DNA of 61,711 nucleotides, the filler included. It is 4 parts of 4 records of this genome, joined end to end, with 100 filler letters (N's around TTAATTAATTAA, not from the genome) between each part and the next. Parts side by side here need not be neighbours in the genome. Positions count along the whole stretch, not along the records: positions 26,722 to 36,317 come from DRR723986_4782; positions 36,418 to 49,567 come from DRR723986_4792; 2 more parts are not named here. The stretch is one strand, 5' to 3'. The notes beneath the pieces were generated by a model. It saw only the letters and a program-made list of their open reading frames with translations, searched no databases and was not told the DNA's origin. The translations under genes were made by a program, and so were the position numbers. Shown here piece by piece: positions 31,436 to 41,115 of this stretch (positions within the stretch are counted from its first letter, which is position 1; every line of letters starts with the position of its first letter).

Positions 31436-32098
31436 ATGAACGGATTTGATTTCACTTTGGCAGGCGCACAATTGATGGCGCTTGGCTCCGGTGCGCTGTG
31501 GTGGGCCGAACAAAGCCTGCTTTGTGTCAGTGATCTGCATCTGGGCAAATCCGAACGGATCGCGCGGCGTGGCGGTGCGGCCCTGCCCCCTTATGACACC
31601 CGCGATACGCTGACCCGGCTGGCGGCGGATCTGACCCTGACCAACGCCCGCAGCGTGGTGTGTCTTGGCGACAGTTTCGATGATCTGGGCGCGGCGCTGG
31701 CCCTGCCCGAAGAAGAACGCCTCTGGATCACCCGCCTGCAAGCCGGGCGGCGCTGGGTCTGGATTGAGGGCAACCACGACCCCGGCCCGGTGAATCTTGG
31801 CGGCAGCCATCTGTTCGAGTTGCCCATCGCGCCGCTGACCTTTCGCCATATTGCCCTGCCAGGGGCCAGCGGCGAAGTGTCAGGGCACTACCACCCCAAG
31901 GCCAGCGTCAGCCTGCGCGGGCGCAGTATCACGCGGCCTGCCTTTCTGTTTGACAGTGACCGTCTGATCCTGCCCGCCTATGGCACCTACACCGGCGGTT
32001 TGCGTAGCCGCGCCGAACCTTTGGCGGAATTGATGCGCCCTGAGGCAAAGGCCATCCTGACAGGCAAAACTCCAACCGCAATCCCGATGCCGCGATAG
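31436..32098 (+). CDS. pdeM: ligase-associated DNA damage response metallophosphoesterase/endonuclease
   Basis: SDLHLGKS, PPYDTRDTL, CLGDSF, GNHD, SGHYHP, LPAYGTYTGGL. Confidence 0.92.
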   Translation: MNGFDFTLAGAQLMALGSGALWWAEQSLLCVSDLHLGKSERIARRGGAALPPYDTRDTLTRLAADLTLTNARSVVCLGDSFDDLGAALALPEEERLWITRLQAGRRWVWIEGNHDPGPVNLGGSHLFELPIAPLTFRHIALPGASGEVSGHYHPKASVSLRGRSITRPAFLFDSDRLILPAYGTYTGGLRSRAEPLAELMRPEAKAILTGKTPTAIPMPR

Positions 32099-32105
32099 GA
32101 CAATC

Positions 32106-32525
32106 ATGCCCCCCGAAGAGATTGACCGCATACACCAAAGCTTTGGCGCGCAAAGCATGATGGCAACGCTTGGCGCGGCGCTGGAGGATGTCTCGCGAGG
32201 CAGCGTCACGATCACCGCACCCATCCTGCCCGGCGCGATGCAGCAACAGGGCTTTGGCCACGCGGGGCTGACCTTTTCCATTGGCGATTCCGCTGCTGGC
32301 TATGCGGCCCTGACCACCCTGCCGCTGGACAGGGAAGTGGTCACTGCCGAGATCAAGATCAACCTGCTGGCGCCTGCCATGGGGGATCGGTTGATCGCTG
32401 TGGGCAAGGTGGTGAAACCCGGCAAACGCCTATGCGTGGTCACATCCGAAGTGTTTGCCGAAACCGAAGGCACCCGCAAATTGATTGCGATTTTGCAAGG
32501 CACCATGGTGCCGGTCGCGGGTTAG
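32106..32525 (+). CDS. PaaI family thioesterase (hotdog fold)
   Basis: QQQGFGHAG...DSAAGYA, EIKINLLAPA. Confidence 0.92.
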   Translation: MPPEEIDRIHQSFGAQSMMATLGAALEDVSRGSVTITAPILPGAMQQQGFGHAGLTFSIGDSAAGYAALTTLPLDREVVTAEIKINLLAPAMGDRLIAVGKVVKPGKRLCVVTSEVFAETEGTRKLIAILQGTMVPVAG

Positions 32526-32528
32526 GGT

Positions 32529-33296
32529 TTACAGCAATCCCGCCGCTTTGGCCGCCGGGCGGTTGCTGCGGCTGACGGGCACTTCGCTGGCGTCGGACAT
32601 CACCAGCAAATCACGTCCGTTGCTGCGCCTGTGGCCCGTAACCGCATCCAGCGCAATCCAATGGGACCGATGCACCACCAGCCCCTGCGCCTTTTCCAGC
32701 TCCGCTGCCGCATCGCTGAACCGCATCAGGATCAGGCTTTCGCCTTTGGTTGTTACCACATTCAGGTAGTGATCCTGCGCCTCGATACGGACCAGCGGAC
32801 CGCGCTGTGCATATGGAATGCGCTCCAGAAATCGTGCTGTGCCGTCCGGCTCATTCTCAGGGCTTGCGGCGGCGGGATAGGCTTGATGGATCATCCAGAT
32901 GAACCCGGTGATCAGCAGGACAACAATGACGATCAGCCCCAGCAGGTAAAAGAAAAAGCTCCACCCCAGATCAATGTCAAACACCCAGCGGTTCAGCATC
33001 ACGATGAACCCGCTGAGCCCAAGGGCAAAAACACCCCAAAGCACGCCGCGCTGCCATGGCGCTTTGCCTTTTGCCAAATCGGGCAGAAAGCTGCCCCAGA
33101 CCGAAACCCCGACCACCAGCGCCCAATAGGCAAACCGGCCCGGCAGGGACAGGTAATCGATCGTGCCAAACGGCCCCGATAGGGCGCAGACCACCGTCAC
33201 CAGAACCCAGATCGCAGCAGCCAGAACCAATCCGCGCCGTTCACGAAGCGCCAGATGCAATTGGCCCGGTTGTGTCGTCATTCGCGTGTCCCTCAT
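32529..33296 (-). CDS. membrane-anchored LytTR-domain transcriptional regulator
   Basis: Four N-terminal TM helices; LytTR motifs IEAQDHYLNV, HRSHW, VPVSRS. Confidence 0.9.
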   Translation of the reverse strand: MRDTRMTTQPGQLHLALRERRGLVLAAAIWVLVTVVCALSGPFGTIDYLSLPGRFAYWALVVGVSVWGSFLPDLAKGKAPWQRGVLWGVFALGLSGFIVMLNRWVFDIDLGWSFFFYLLGLIVIVVLLITGFIWMIHQAYPAAASPENEPDGTARFLERIPYAQRGPLVRIEAQDHYLNVVTTKGESLILMRFSDAAAELEKAQGLVVHRSHWIALDAVTGHRRSNGRDLLVMSDASEVPVSRSNRPAAKAAGLL

Positions 33297-33373
33297 GTCA
33301 GCCGCGCAAGGGGTGTCGCGGCCCTTGGCTGGTTTCTGTCACAACCCTCCCCAGTTGATCAATGGAGCCTGAC

Positions 33374-33772
33374 ATGACCCTTGCACCGCTGCTGCGTGCC
33401 GACCCGATAATCCAGATTCACGCCATTGCCGCAATGCTGGCCCTGGGGATTGCCGTTTTGATGTTTACCCTGCCCCGCGGCACGCCGCTGCACAAGCGGA
33501 TGGGGCGCGTTTGGGTGGCGGCCATGGCGGTGACTGCGCTCAGCAGTTTTGGCATTTGGGGGTTTCGCCTGATTGGCCCGTTCAGCCCAATTCACCTGCT
33601 GTCGGCCTATGTGCTTTATGGCCTTGTTGGCGCGGTGCGGGCGGCCCGGCAAGGACGGATCGCCGAACATCAGGCCATTATGAAAAGCATCGTCTTTTGG
33701 GGGTTGATCGTGGCCGGGGCGTTTACCTTTATCCCCGGCCGGATCATGTTTTCCGTGGTGGGCGGCGGTTAG
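33374..33772 (+). CDS. DUF2306 family membrane protein
   Basis: [42 protein letters not shown]; divergent from LytTR. Confidence 0.87.
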   Translation: MTLAPLLRADPIIQIHAIAAMLALGIAVLMFTLPRGTPLHKRMGRVWVAAMAVTALSSFGIWGFRLIGPFSPIHLLSAYVLYGLVGAVRAARQGRIAEHQAIMKSIVFWGLIVAGAFTFIPGRIMFSVVGGG

Positions 33773-34671
33773 GCCGTCAGGCCTTCGGGCTCTTCCAAAC
33801 CGTTGGCACGGCAGCAGGCCGTCACGGTATTGGCCAGCAGGCAGGCGATGGTCATCGGGCCAACACCGCCGGGCACAGGCGTGATCGCGCCTGCACGCGC
33901 GGCGCAGCTTTCGAAATGCACGTCGCCGACCAGCTTGGTCTTGCCTTCGCCCTTTTCCGGTGCATCCAGACGGTTGATGCCCACGTCGATCACGGTTGCG
34001 CCTTCCTTGATCCAGTCACCCGGCACCATTTCGGGGCGGCCCACGGCGGCCACAACGATATCGGCCCGGCGCACCACGTCGGCCAGATCTTTGGTGCGGC
34101 TATGCGCGATGGTCACGGTGCAGCTGTCGTTCAGCAAAAGCTGCGCCATCGGCTTGCCCACGATGTTGGAGCGGCCAATGACAACGGCATCCATACCCGA
34201 GATCGACCCATGGTGATCGCGCAGCATCATCAAACACCCCAGCGGCGTGCAAGGCACCATGGATTTCTGACCGGTGCCCAAAAGGCCCACGTTGGAGATG
34301 TGAAAGCCGTCCACGTCCTTCGCAGGCGAGATGGAGTTGATCACCAGATCCTCGTCCAGATGGCCGGGCAGTGGCAGCTGCACCAGAATGCCGTGGATTT
34401 CGGGATCGTTGTTCAGATCGTCAATCAGCTTGAGCAGATCGGCCTCGGAGGTGTCTGCAGCAAGCTTATGCTCAACCGATTTCATGCCAACTTCGACGGT
34501 CTGTTTGCCCTTGGACCGGACATAGACCTGGCTTGCGGGATCTTCGCCCACCAGCACAACGGCCAGACCGGGGGTGATGTCGTGATCGGTTTTCAGGCGC
34601 TGCACATGCCCGGCGACTTTCTCGCGCACGGTGGCTGCAAAGGCTTTTCCGTCAATGATCTGAGCTGTCAT
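33769..34671 (-). CDS. folD: bifunctional methylene-THF dehydrogenase/methenyl-THF cyclohydrolase
   Basis: [49 protein letters not shown]. Confidence 0.97.
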   Translation of the reverse strand: MTAQIIDGKAFAATVREKVAGHVQRLKTDHDITPGLAVVLVGEDPASQVYVRSKGKQTVEVGMKSVEHKLAADTSEADLLKLIDDLNNDPEIHGILVQLPLPGHLDEDLVINSISPAKDVDGFHISNVGLLGTGQKSMVPCTPLGCLMMLRDHHGSISGMDAVVIGRSNIVGKPMAQLLLNDSCTVTIAHSRTKDLADVVRRADIVVAAVGRPEMVPGDWIKEGATVIDVGINRLDAPEKGEGKTKLVGDVHFESCAARAGAITPVPGGVGPMTIACLLANTVTACCRANGLEEPEGLTA

Positions 34672-34681
34672 CAGGCTCTCC

Positions 34682-35563
34682 TTAAAAATCTGTCCGGGCA
34701 TAGGCATCCCGGTAGTGGTTCATCTGCATTTCAGTGGCGTGGACCGCATTGGACATCAGCGTGGCAACCGTGACTGGCCCAACGCCCCCCGGCACCGGTG
34801 TGATCCAGCCCGCGACATCCTTGCAGCTTTCGTAATCGGCGTCGCCAACGGTCTTTCCATCGACCCGGTTGATGCCAATGTCAATCACAACGCATCCGGG
34901 CTTGAGCATCTCGCCCGTCACCAGCCCCGGCTTGCCCACCGCAACAAATACCGCATCGGCGGCGCGGCTGTGCATCGCAACGGATCGGGTCATGTGGTGG
35001 CAAACGGTGACCGTGGCGCCAAGCCCCATCAGCAGAAACGCGATGGGTTTGCCAACGATTTCGGAGTGGCCGATCACCGCCACGTTCAGGCCCTCGATAT
35101 CCAGCGGCAGAGTTTTGAGGATCTCGACCGCGGCCACAGCCGTACAGGGGCCAAGCGCCAGATCGTTATAGACGATATTACCGATGGACGCGGGGTGCAT
35201 GCCTTCGACGTCCTTGAGCGGGTGCACAAGCTTTTGCAGGGTCTTGACCGGAATGTGATCCGGCAAGGGGCGCTGAATAATGATCCCGTTGACGCGCGGG
35301 TCAGCGTTCAAACCCTGAATGATACCGGTCAACTGTTCCAGCGAGGTATCGGCGCCATAATTGCGCGCCTCGAAATCCACACCGGCACTTTGCGCCGATT
35401 TTTGCTGATTGCGCACATATAGCTCGGCAGCGGCGACATCGCCCACAGAGAGGGACACCAGTTTGGGTTGCCAGCCTTTGTCTGCCAATTCGCCAGCACG
35501 CGCCGCGACGCCCTTGCGCATGGTCGCTGCAATGGCTTTGCCGTCGATGATCGTTGCACTCAT
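34682..35563 (-). CDS. folD: divergent FolD paralog
   Basis: FolD fold motifs [24 protein letters not shown], but YVRNQ, GHSEIVG and CHHMT substitutions. Confidence 0.9.
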   Translation of the reverse strand: MSATIIDGKAIAATMRKGVAARAGELADKGWQPKLVSLSVGDVAAAELYVRNQQKSAQSAGVDFEARNYGADTSLEQLTGIIQGLNADPRVNGIIIQRPLPDHIPVKTLQKLVHPLKDVEGMHPASIGNIVYNDLALGPCTAVAAVEILKTLPLDIEGLNVAVIGHSEIVGKPIAFLLMGLGATVTVCHHMTRSVAMHSRAADAVFVAVGKPGLVTGEMLKPGCVVIDIGINRVDGKTVGDADYESCKDVAGWITPVPGGVGPVTVATLMSNAVHATEMQMNHYRDAYARTDF

Positions 35564-35616
35564 GTAAATTGGTCCTTTGCTGGCGCCACAATACGGCCAA
35601 GCAGGGTGGAATGGAT

Positions 35617-35639
35617 AAGGGGGGCAAATTGCCCCCCTT
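35617..35639 (-). terminator. stem-loop between fhs and the folD paralog
   Basis: AAGGGGGGCAA-A-TTGCCCCCCTT perfect inverted repeat just after the fhs stop; weak U tract. Confidence 0.55.
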
Positions 35640-35647
35640 GGTGTTGT

Positions 35648-36317
35648 TTAGAACAGGCCTTCAACTTCGCCTGCATCGTTCAAACCGATGCTTTCGGCGG
35701 ACGGCACGCGGGGCAGGCCCGGCATGGTCATGATCTCACCGCAGATGGCGACGACAAAACCGGCACCGGCGCTCAGGCGCACTTCACGCACTGGGATGTC
35801 GAACCCTGTGGGCGCACCACGTTCGTTCGGATCCGTGGTAAAGCTGTACTGCGTTTTCGCCATGCAAACCGGCAGGTTGCCGTAACCCTGATCTTCCCAT
35901 TCTTTCAGCTGGTTCAGGATCTTCTGATCCATCTGGGCGCTGTCGGCACGGTAGATCTTGGTCGCAATCGTATTGATCTTGTCCGCCAGACCCATGTCAT
36001 CAGGATAGATCGGGGCAAAGTTGCTTTCGTTGGCTTCGATGGTCTCGACCACCTTTGTCGCCAGATCGGCAGAGCCTTCGGAGCCCAGTTCCCAGTGACG
36101 GGACAGAACCGCTTCGGAACCTTGGGAGGCCACGTAATCCTTCACCGCCTGCACTTCGGCGTCGGTGTCGGTGACAAAGTGGTTGATCGCAACGACCACT
36201 GGCACACCAAAGGATTTCATGTTCTCGATGTGACGGCCCAGGTTGGCGCAGCCGCTCTTGACCGCATCAACGTTTTCCGTGCCCAGATCGGCCTTGGCCA
36301 CGCCGCCGTTCATCTTC
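35648..36317 (-). CDS. fhs: formate--tetrahydrofolate ligase, 5' truncated
   Basis: [38 protein letters not shown]. Confidence 0.95.
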
Positions 36318-36417
36318 NNNNNNNNNNNNNNNNNNNNNNNNNNNNNNNNNNNNNNNNNNNNTTAATTAATTAANNNNNNNNNNNNNNNNNNNNNNNNNNN
36401 NNNNNNNNNNNNNNNNN
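36318..36417. other. artificial contig spacer
   Basis: 44 N + TTAATTAATTAA + 44 N. Confidence 0.99.
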
Positions 36418-36453
36418 GTAGTCTGGTGCTCTATCCAGCTGAGCTACGGGTGC
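36418..36453 (-). tRNA. tRNA-Arg (probably ACG), 5' half only, cut by the contig end
   Basis: Minus strand reads GCACCCGTAGCTCAGCTGGATAGAGCACCAGACTAC: acceptor 5' strand, D arm and anticodon stem, ending in CT-AC within the anticodon. Confidence 0.85.
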
Positions 36454-36540
36454 CTGCCAAAAGGAAGGCGGACACATACAGTCAGCCCAAAAGGGATGCA
36501 AGCCTGTTTTCCCCGCCTTCTGCAGCAATATCGGATGAAT

Positions 36541-37548
36541 TTATTCTTCGGTGTGGCCTGAGCCGCTCTCCCCTCCAGGCGGCAAATCATATTCCGGTCG
36601 ATGGGATGAGGGTGTCTCAAGGTCCGGTTCAATTCCCGTTTCGCCGGAAATCCATTCCGCATAGGCTGAAACGCGGGAATAAACGCCAGGACTGTCCTGC
36701 CGTGCGCAGCCGAGCCCCCAGCTGACCACACCGATTTGCACGGGGCCTTCTTCCCATGTCCGCGCCACCAGCGGGCCGCCACTGTCACCCTGGCAGGAAT
36801 CCGTTCCGCCGCTGCCGGCACAGATCTGCAGCGCCGGATCAACGCTGACCCCGGCAAATTCCTGGTCCAGCCCGTATTGATCAATCAGCGTGGCAATTTG
36901 CTGTTTGCATGTCTCCGGGGCGACCGGCGGCACCAAGCCTTCCATCAGCGCGAGACTGGGTGCGCTGACGTGCCGCCCTGTCCGGTTGAAGCCTTCTTCC
37001 TGGCTGCCCTGTTCCTCTGTGTTTCCGTATCCCGCCACAACGACTTCAGTTTGCGCCGAGTCCGGGTCTGGTGCCCGGCCCGTCAACCCGTCCAGGCGGG
37101 AAAGCGGGCCATCCCAGCGCCCGACAATGTGCAGGAGGGCAAGGTCGTCCCCCAACTCGGCATGACCGGACCGATAGCCAGGGTGGATGACGATCCGGTC
37201 CACCGGAAAGGATGCGTCCTTTGGCGTCTCCAGCAGCGTTCCTGCGCCGACAACGGCGAACAGCGGTCCAAAGCGCTTCAGATCACCCCGGACATCCGGA
37301 AGGTATTGGGCGGCGCGCCCTGTTTCTGATTCAATCCGCACTGTTTCCACGCAATGGGCCGCAGTCAGGGCCCATTCCGGAGAAATCATCGAGGCGCCGC
37401 ATTCATGATAGATATTCCTGCCTTGCTGAGACTGGAGCGAAACGATCCCCGGCCAGTCATCTGGATCCGCTTCGCGTCCACCCACCACACAGGCCGTGGC
37501 AAGCGCCACCGCGCCGAGGGCGAACCCCCATTTCCAGGTTGGTCTCAT
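36541..37548 (-). CDS. trypsin-like S1 serine protease, predicted lipoprotein
   Basis: Catalytic triad LTAAHC, DLALL, DSCQGDSGGP; GVVSWG; lipobox-like LATAC. Confidence 0.92.
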   Translation of the reverse strand: MRPTWKWGFALGAVALATACVVGGREADPDDWPGIVSLQSQQGRNIYHECGASMISPEWALTAAHCVETVRIESETGRAAQYLPDVRGDLKRFGPLFAVVGAGTLLETPKDASFPVDRIVIHPGYRSGHAELGDDLALLHIVGRWDGPLSRLDGLTGRAPDPDSAQTEVVVAGYGNTEEQGSQEEGFNRTGRHVSAPSLALMEGLVPPVAPETCKQQIATLIDQYGLDQEFAGVSVDPALQICAGSGGTDSCQGDSGGPLVARTWEEGPVQIGVVSWGLGCARQDSPGVYSRVSAYAEWISGETGIEPDLETPSSHRPEYDLPPGGESGSGHTEE

Positions 37549-37577
37549 GCGGAAACGTCCTCCCCTGCTTCGTCCCC

Positions 37578-38579
37578 TCAGGCCACTGCGCCGGACTGCC
37601 GCCGCGCCTCATGTACGCCGCGCGCAATCGCCCGGGCCAAAGTCGAGGCAGCTAACTCTCCGATCCGGGTCACTGTCAAAGGGTCCGGAGCCGGCAAGGC
37701 TTCACTTGCGGTTGATAGCACAAATACTGCGTCTCCGTCGAAGGGGGCAAATACCGGCCGGATTGCGCGGGAGAATCCCGACAAAGCCATCTGGGCGATC
37801 CGGCTCGCCTGGGTAGGCGTCAGCGGAGCATCTGTTGCAACACAGGCGATCGTTGTGTTCTGGCCGAGAACCGGATTGGCCTTGGCCGCGCCCCAGTCGT
37901 CCGGATCCATTGCGAAATCTGCTGGAGGCCGCGCTCCGCCAAACTCACCGTCCAGTTCATACGGCCAGGCCCAATAGACATCCGTGCCAGGCATCAGGAC
38001 CGAACCGAAAGCGTTCACACAAGCGAGCGCCCCAACGGTGAACCCTTCCGCTGTCACGACACTGGCCGAGCCCGTGCCGCCCGGATGTTGGCCCGCTCGC
38101 GCGCCATGACCCGCCCCAGTGCGCCCGAGGTCGAAATCTTTCGAGGCGGTGTTGAAAGCCTCAAGGCCAAGCGCCGCATAAGGCGCAATTCCGGTCCAGT
38201 TCTTGTCGCCCCCATTCGCCAGATCGTACAGAATGGCTCCCGGCACGATGGGCGTGGGCGGCACGCCGGGCCGGTCGACCAGGCTGAACCCGCGTCCCGC
38301 CTCTTTGAGACCCGCCATCACGCCATCAGCTGCACCCAGACCAAATGCGCTCCCGCCGGAAAGGAAAATTCCGTCGACATGGTCCACCATTGCGCCAGCT
38401 GAAAGCAGGTCTGTTTCCCGGGTTCCAGGCCCTCCCCCGGCGACAGCACAAGCGGCAACCGCGGGTGCGTCCGGCAGGATCACTGTGACACCTGTATCGA
38501 TGCGGGCATCCTGTGCCTGTCCGACACGCACACCTGCGACATCGGTGATGAGATTCCGTTTCCCGGCTGCTGTGGCCAT
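37578..38579 (-). CDS. P1/S58 family peptidase (DmpA-like)
   Basis: NLITDVAGVRVG, GGGPGTRETD, LSGGSAFGL, NTTI, DGDAVF. Confidence 0.92.
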   Translation of the reverse strand: MATAAGKRNLITDVAGVRVGQAQDARIDTGVTVILPDAPAVAACAVAGGGPGTRETDLLSAGAMVDHVDGIFLSGGSAFGLGAADGVMAGLKEAGRGFSLVDRPGVPPTPIVPGAILYDLANGGDKNWTGIAPYAALGLEAFNTASKDFDLGRTGAGHGARAGQHPGGTGSASVVTAEGFTVGALACVNAFGSVLMPGTDVYWAWPYELDGEFGGARPPADFAMDPDDWGAAKANPVLGQNTTIACVATDAPLTPTQASRIAQMALSGFSRAIRPVFAPFDGDAVFVLSTASEALPAPDPLTVTRIGELAASTLARAIARGVHEARRQSGAVA

Positions 38580-38659
38580 TACAATGTCCTGTCGGTCTTT
38601 CCCTTTGGAACTCCCTCTCTTAAGGTCCGCCACGACTCACGCAAGCCAAGGACACTGCC

Positions 38660-40492
38660 ATGAAGATCGCCCGCCCTCTCCTTGCCGTCCCCTTCCTTGC
38701 TGCCCTCCTCCTGTCCGCCTGTGCGGCGCCGGACGGAAAGCAGGATGTCTCGGTCTCCGAAGCGGCGCAGAGCGCGGCAGAAGCAGCTGCCAGCGAAGCT
38801 GTCGCAGCCGCACCGGAAGTCGCCGATGAGAATGAATGGACCAAGGGCGCCATGGTGGCCGCGGCAAATCCCGAAGCGGTGGAGGCCGGTCTTGAGATCC
38901 TGCGTAAAGGCGGCACGGCAGTTGATGCGGCCATCGCGGTACACACGGCTCTTGGCCTTGTCGAACCGGAAAGCTCCGGCATCGGTGGCGGCGGTTTCAT
39001 GGTCTATTACGACCACGCCAGCGGCGAGGTCACGGTATTTGACGGACGCGAGCGCGCGCCCGCCGCGGCAACGCCGGAATATTTCATGAAAGATGGCGAG
39101 GCGATGGACTTTATCTCGTCCTGGCAGTCAGGCCGGTCGGTCGGGGTGCCGGGCGCGGTTGCCCTCTACAAATCGGCTCATGACGCGGCTGGCAAGCTGG
39201 ACTGGGAAGACCTCTTCCAGCCGGCCATCACGCTCGCCGAAGACGGCTTCGTGGTGGAACGCAAGCTCGCCGCCACGCTGGCCAGCGACCGCCTTCAGCA
39301 ATTTGTCCGGCTGGATGACCTGCCGGATTCTGCGGCCTATTTCTATCCGGACGGCGTGCCGCTGGCGGAAGGCTCGATCAAGACAAACCCGGCCTATGCC
39401 GAAACACTGAAACGCGTCGCAAGCGAAGGGCCTGCGGCCTTCTATTCAGGCGAGATCGCTGAATCGATCGCCTATGCCGTATCCCACGACCCGTCCCTTC
39501 CGGGCGCGATGACGGTGGAGGACCTCGCCAATTATGAAGTGGCGGTTCGACCAGCGCTCTGCGGTGTGGAGCCAGATGGCTACAAGGTCTGCTCGGCCCC
39601 GCCGCCATCTTCCGGCGGAGTGACGCAGAACATGATCCTTGGCCTGTATGATCGCCTCAAGCCGACCAGCGAAGAAGAGGCAACCGAGGAAGGCTTCCTG
39701 AAAGCCTTCGTCGATGCCCAGCGTCTGACCTATGCCGACCGCGACCATTATGTGGCTGACGCCGACTTCGTCCCCGTCCCGGCAGCAGAACTGATCGATC
39801 CGATCTATCTCGACGTGCGTGCGACAGAAGTCTTCGCGCCGGACCAGCATGCAACGCCGGGTGATCCGGGGATTGCGCTCGGCCGCGGCCCGATGCGTCA
39901 GATGTGGGGCGAAGACCCAACCGATCATCATCCGGGTACGACGCATTTCTCGATCATCGACCCCTATGGCAACGCTGTATCGATGACGATGACGGTCGAA
40001 GCCGCATTCGGGAACTCCGTCATGGTTCACGGTTTCATGCTGAACAACCAGCTGACCGACTTCTCGCGCGAACCGACAAAAGGCGGCAAGCCGGTGGCCA
40101 ATGCCGTTGCCGGCAACAAGCGCCCCCGTTCGTCCATGTCCCCGACGCTGGTCTTCAATCCGGAAGGCGACCTGTTCATGGTCACCGGTTCGCCGGGCGG
40201 CAACTCCATTGTTGCCTATGTCGCCAAGACGCTGGTCGGCGTGCTCGAATGGGGGAAGACAGCGCAGGAAGCCATCAACCTGCCGAACATCATCGCCCGC
40301 GGCGATGTGGTCGGCGTGGAAGTCGACCGCGAAGGCGGACCGGAAGCGGCCGAAGCCCTGCGTGAGATGGGCTATACCGTCGAAGAGCGTCAGGGCGAGA
40401 ATTCCGGCCTGCACGTCATCATCGTGCGCGAGGATGGCCTGGAAGGCGGGGCAGACCCGCGCCGTGACGGGGTTGCACGCGCCCTCGAATAG
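38660..40492 (+). CDS. ggt: gamma-glutamyltransferase family protein (lipoprotein)
   Basis: GGTAVDAAIA, SGIGGGGF, TTHFSIID autocleavage Thr, LNNQLTDFS, KRPRSSMSP, GGADPRR; LSAC lipobox. Confidence 0.95.
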   Translation: MKIARPLLAVPFLAALLLSACAAPDGKQDVSVSEAAQSAAEAAASEAVAAAPEVADENEWTKGAMVAAANPEAVEAGLEILRKGGTAVDAAIAVHTALGLVEPESSGIGGGGFMVYYDHASGEVTVFDGRERAPAAATPEYFMKDGEAMDFISSWQSGRSVGVPGAVALYKSAHDAAGKLDWEDLFQPAITLAEDGFVVERKLAATLASDRLQQFVRLDDLPDSAAYFYPDGVPLAEGSIKTNPAYAETLKRVASEGPAAFYSGEIAESIAYAVSHDPSLPGAMTVEDLANYEVAVRPALCGVEPDGYKVCSAPPPSSGGVTQNMILGLYDRLKPTSEEEATEEGFLKAFVDAQRLTYADRDHYVADADFVPVPAAELIDPIYLDVRATEVFAPDQHATPGDPGIALGRGPMRQMWGEDPTDHHPGTTHFSIIDPYGNAVSMTMTVEAAFGNSVMVHGFMLNNQLTDFSREPTKGGKPVANAVAGNKRPRSSMSPTLVFNPEGDLFMVTGSPGGNSIVAYVAKTLVGVLEWGKTAQEAINLPNIIARGDVVGVEVDREGGPEAAEALREMGYTVEERQGENSGLHVIIVREDGLEGGADPRRDGVARALE

Positions 40493-40512
40493 ACGGGCAC
40501 GCCTAACTCCAG

Positions 40513-41100
40513 ATGGCCAAGCTCTACTTTTCTTACGCCGCCATGAATGCGGGCAAGTCGACGATCCTGCTTCAGGCGGCGTACAATTATCGTGAGCGGG
40601 GGATGGACGTCCTCCTACTCACGTCTGCCCTCTACAAGGATGACGACGCCGGTCACATTTCGTCCCGCATCGGTATCAGCGCCGATGCCACACTGTACAC
40701 GAATGAAACGGATCTCTTGTCCCTGGTGAGGGACAGGCAGGCCGAACACCGCATCGATGCGATCTTCGTCGATGAGGCCCAGTTCCTGACAAAAGACCAG
40801 GCTTGGCAACTCGCCCGAGTAGCTGACCGTCTGGATGTGCCGGTTCTTGCCTACGGCCTTCGCACCGATTTCCGCGGTGAACTCTTCGAGGGCTCTGCCG
40901 CCCTGCTCGCGATCGCAGACTCGCTGCGCGAAGTCCGTACGATCTGCGAATGCGGGCGCAAGGCGACCATGGTCGCGCGTCTGGGTCCTGACGGAAAAGC
41001 CCTGACCGAAGGCGACCAGGTCTCCATCGGCAAATCGGTCTATGTCTCTCTGTGCCGGCGGCACTGGGAAGAGAAAATGGGGCGCCAGCCTCCCGCGTGA
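40513..41100 (+). CDS. tdk: thymidine kinase
   Basis: AMNAGKST, VDEAQFL, YGLRTDF, ICECGRKAT, YVSLCRRH. Confidence 0.97.
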   Translation: MAKLYFSYAAMNAGKSTILLQAAYNYRERGMDVLLLTSALYKDDDAGHISSRIGISADATLYTNETDLLSLVRDRQAEHRIDAIFVDEAQFLTKDQAWQLARVADRLDVPVLAYGLRTDFRGELFEGSAALLAIADSLREVRTICECGRKATMVARLGPDGKALTEGDQVSIGKSVYVSLCRRHWEEKMGRQPPA

Positions 41101-41115
41101 TGCGGTTTCGCGGGA

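Noticed and set aside
31427-31441. GAAA-N7-GAAC over the pdeM start as an alphaproteobacterial LexA box
   Set aside because: One half-site mismatches and one half is fixed by the ATG-AAC codons; too weak without conservation data.
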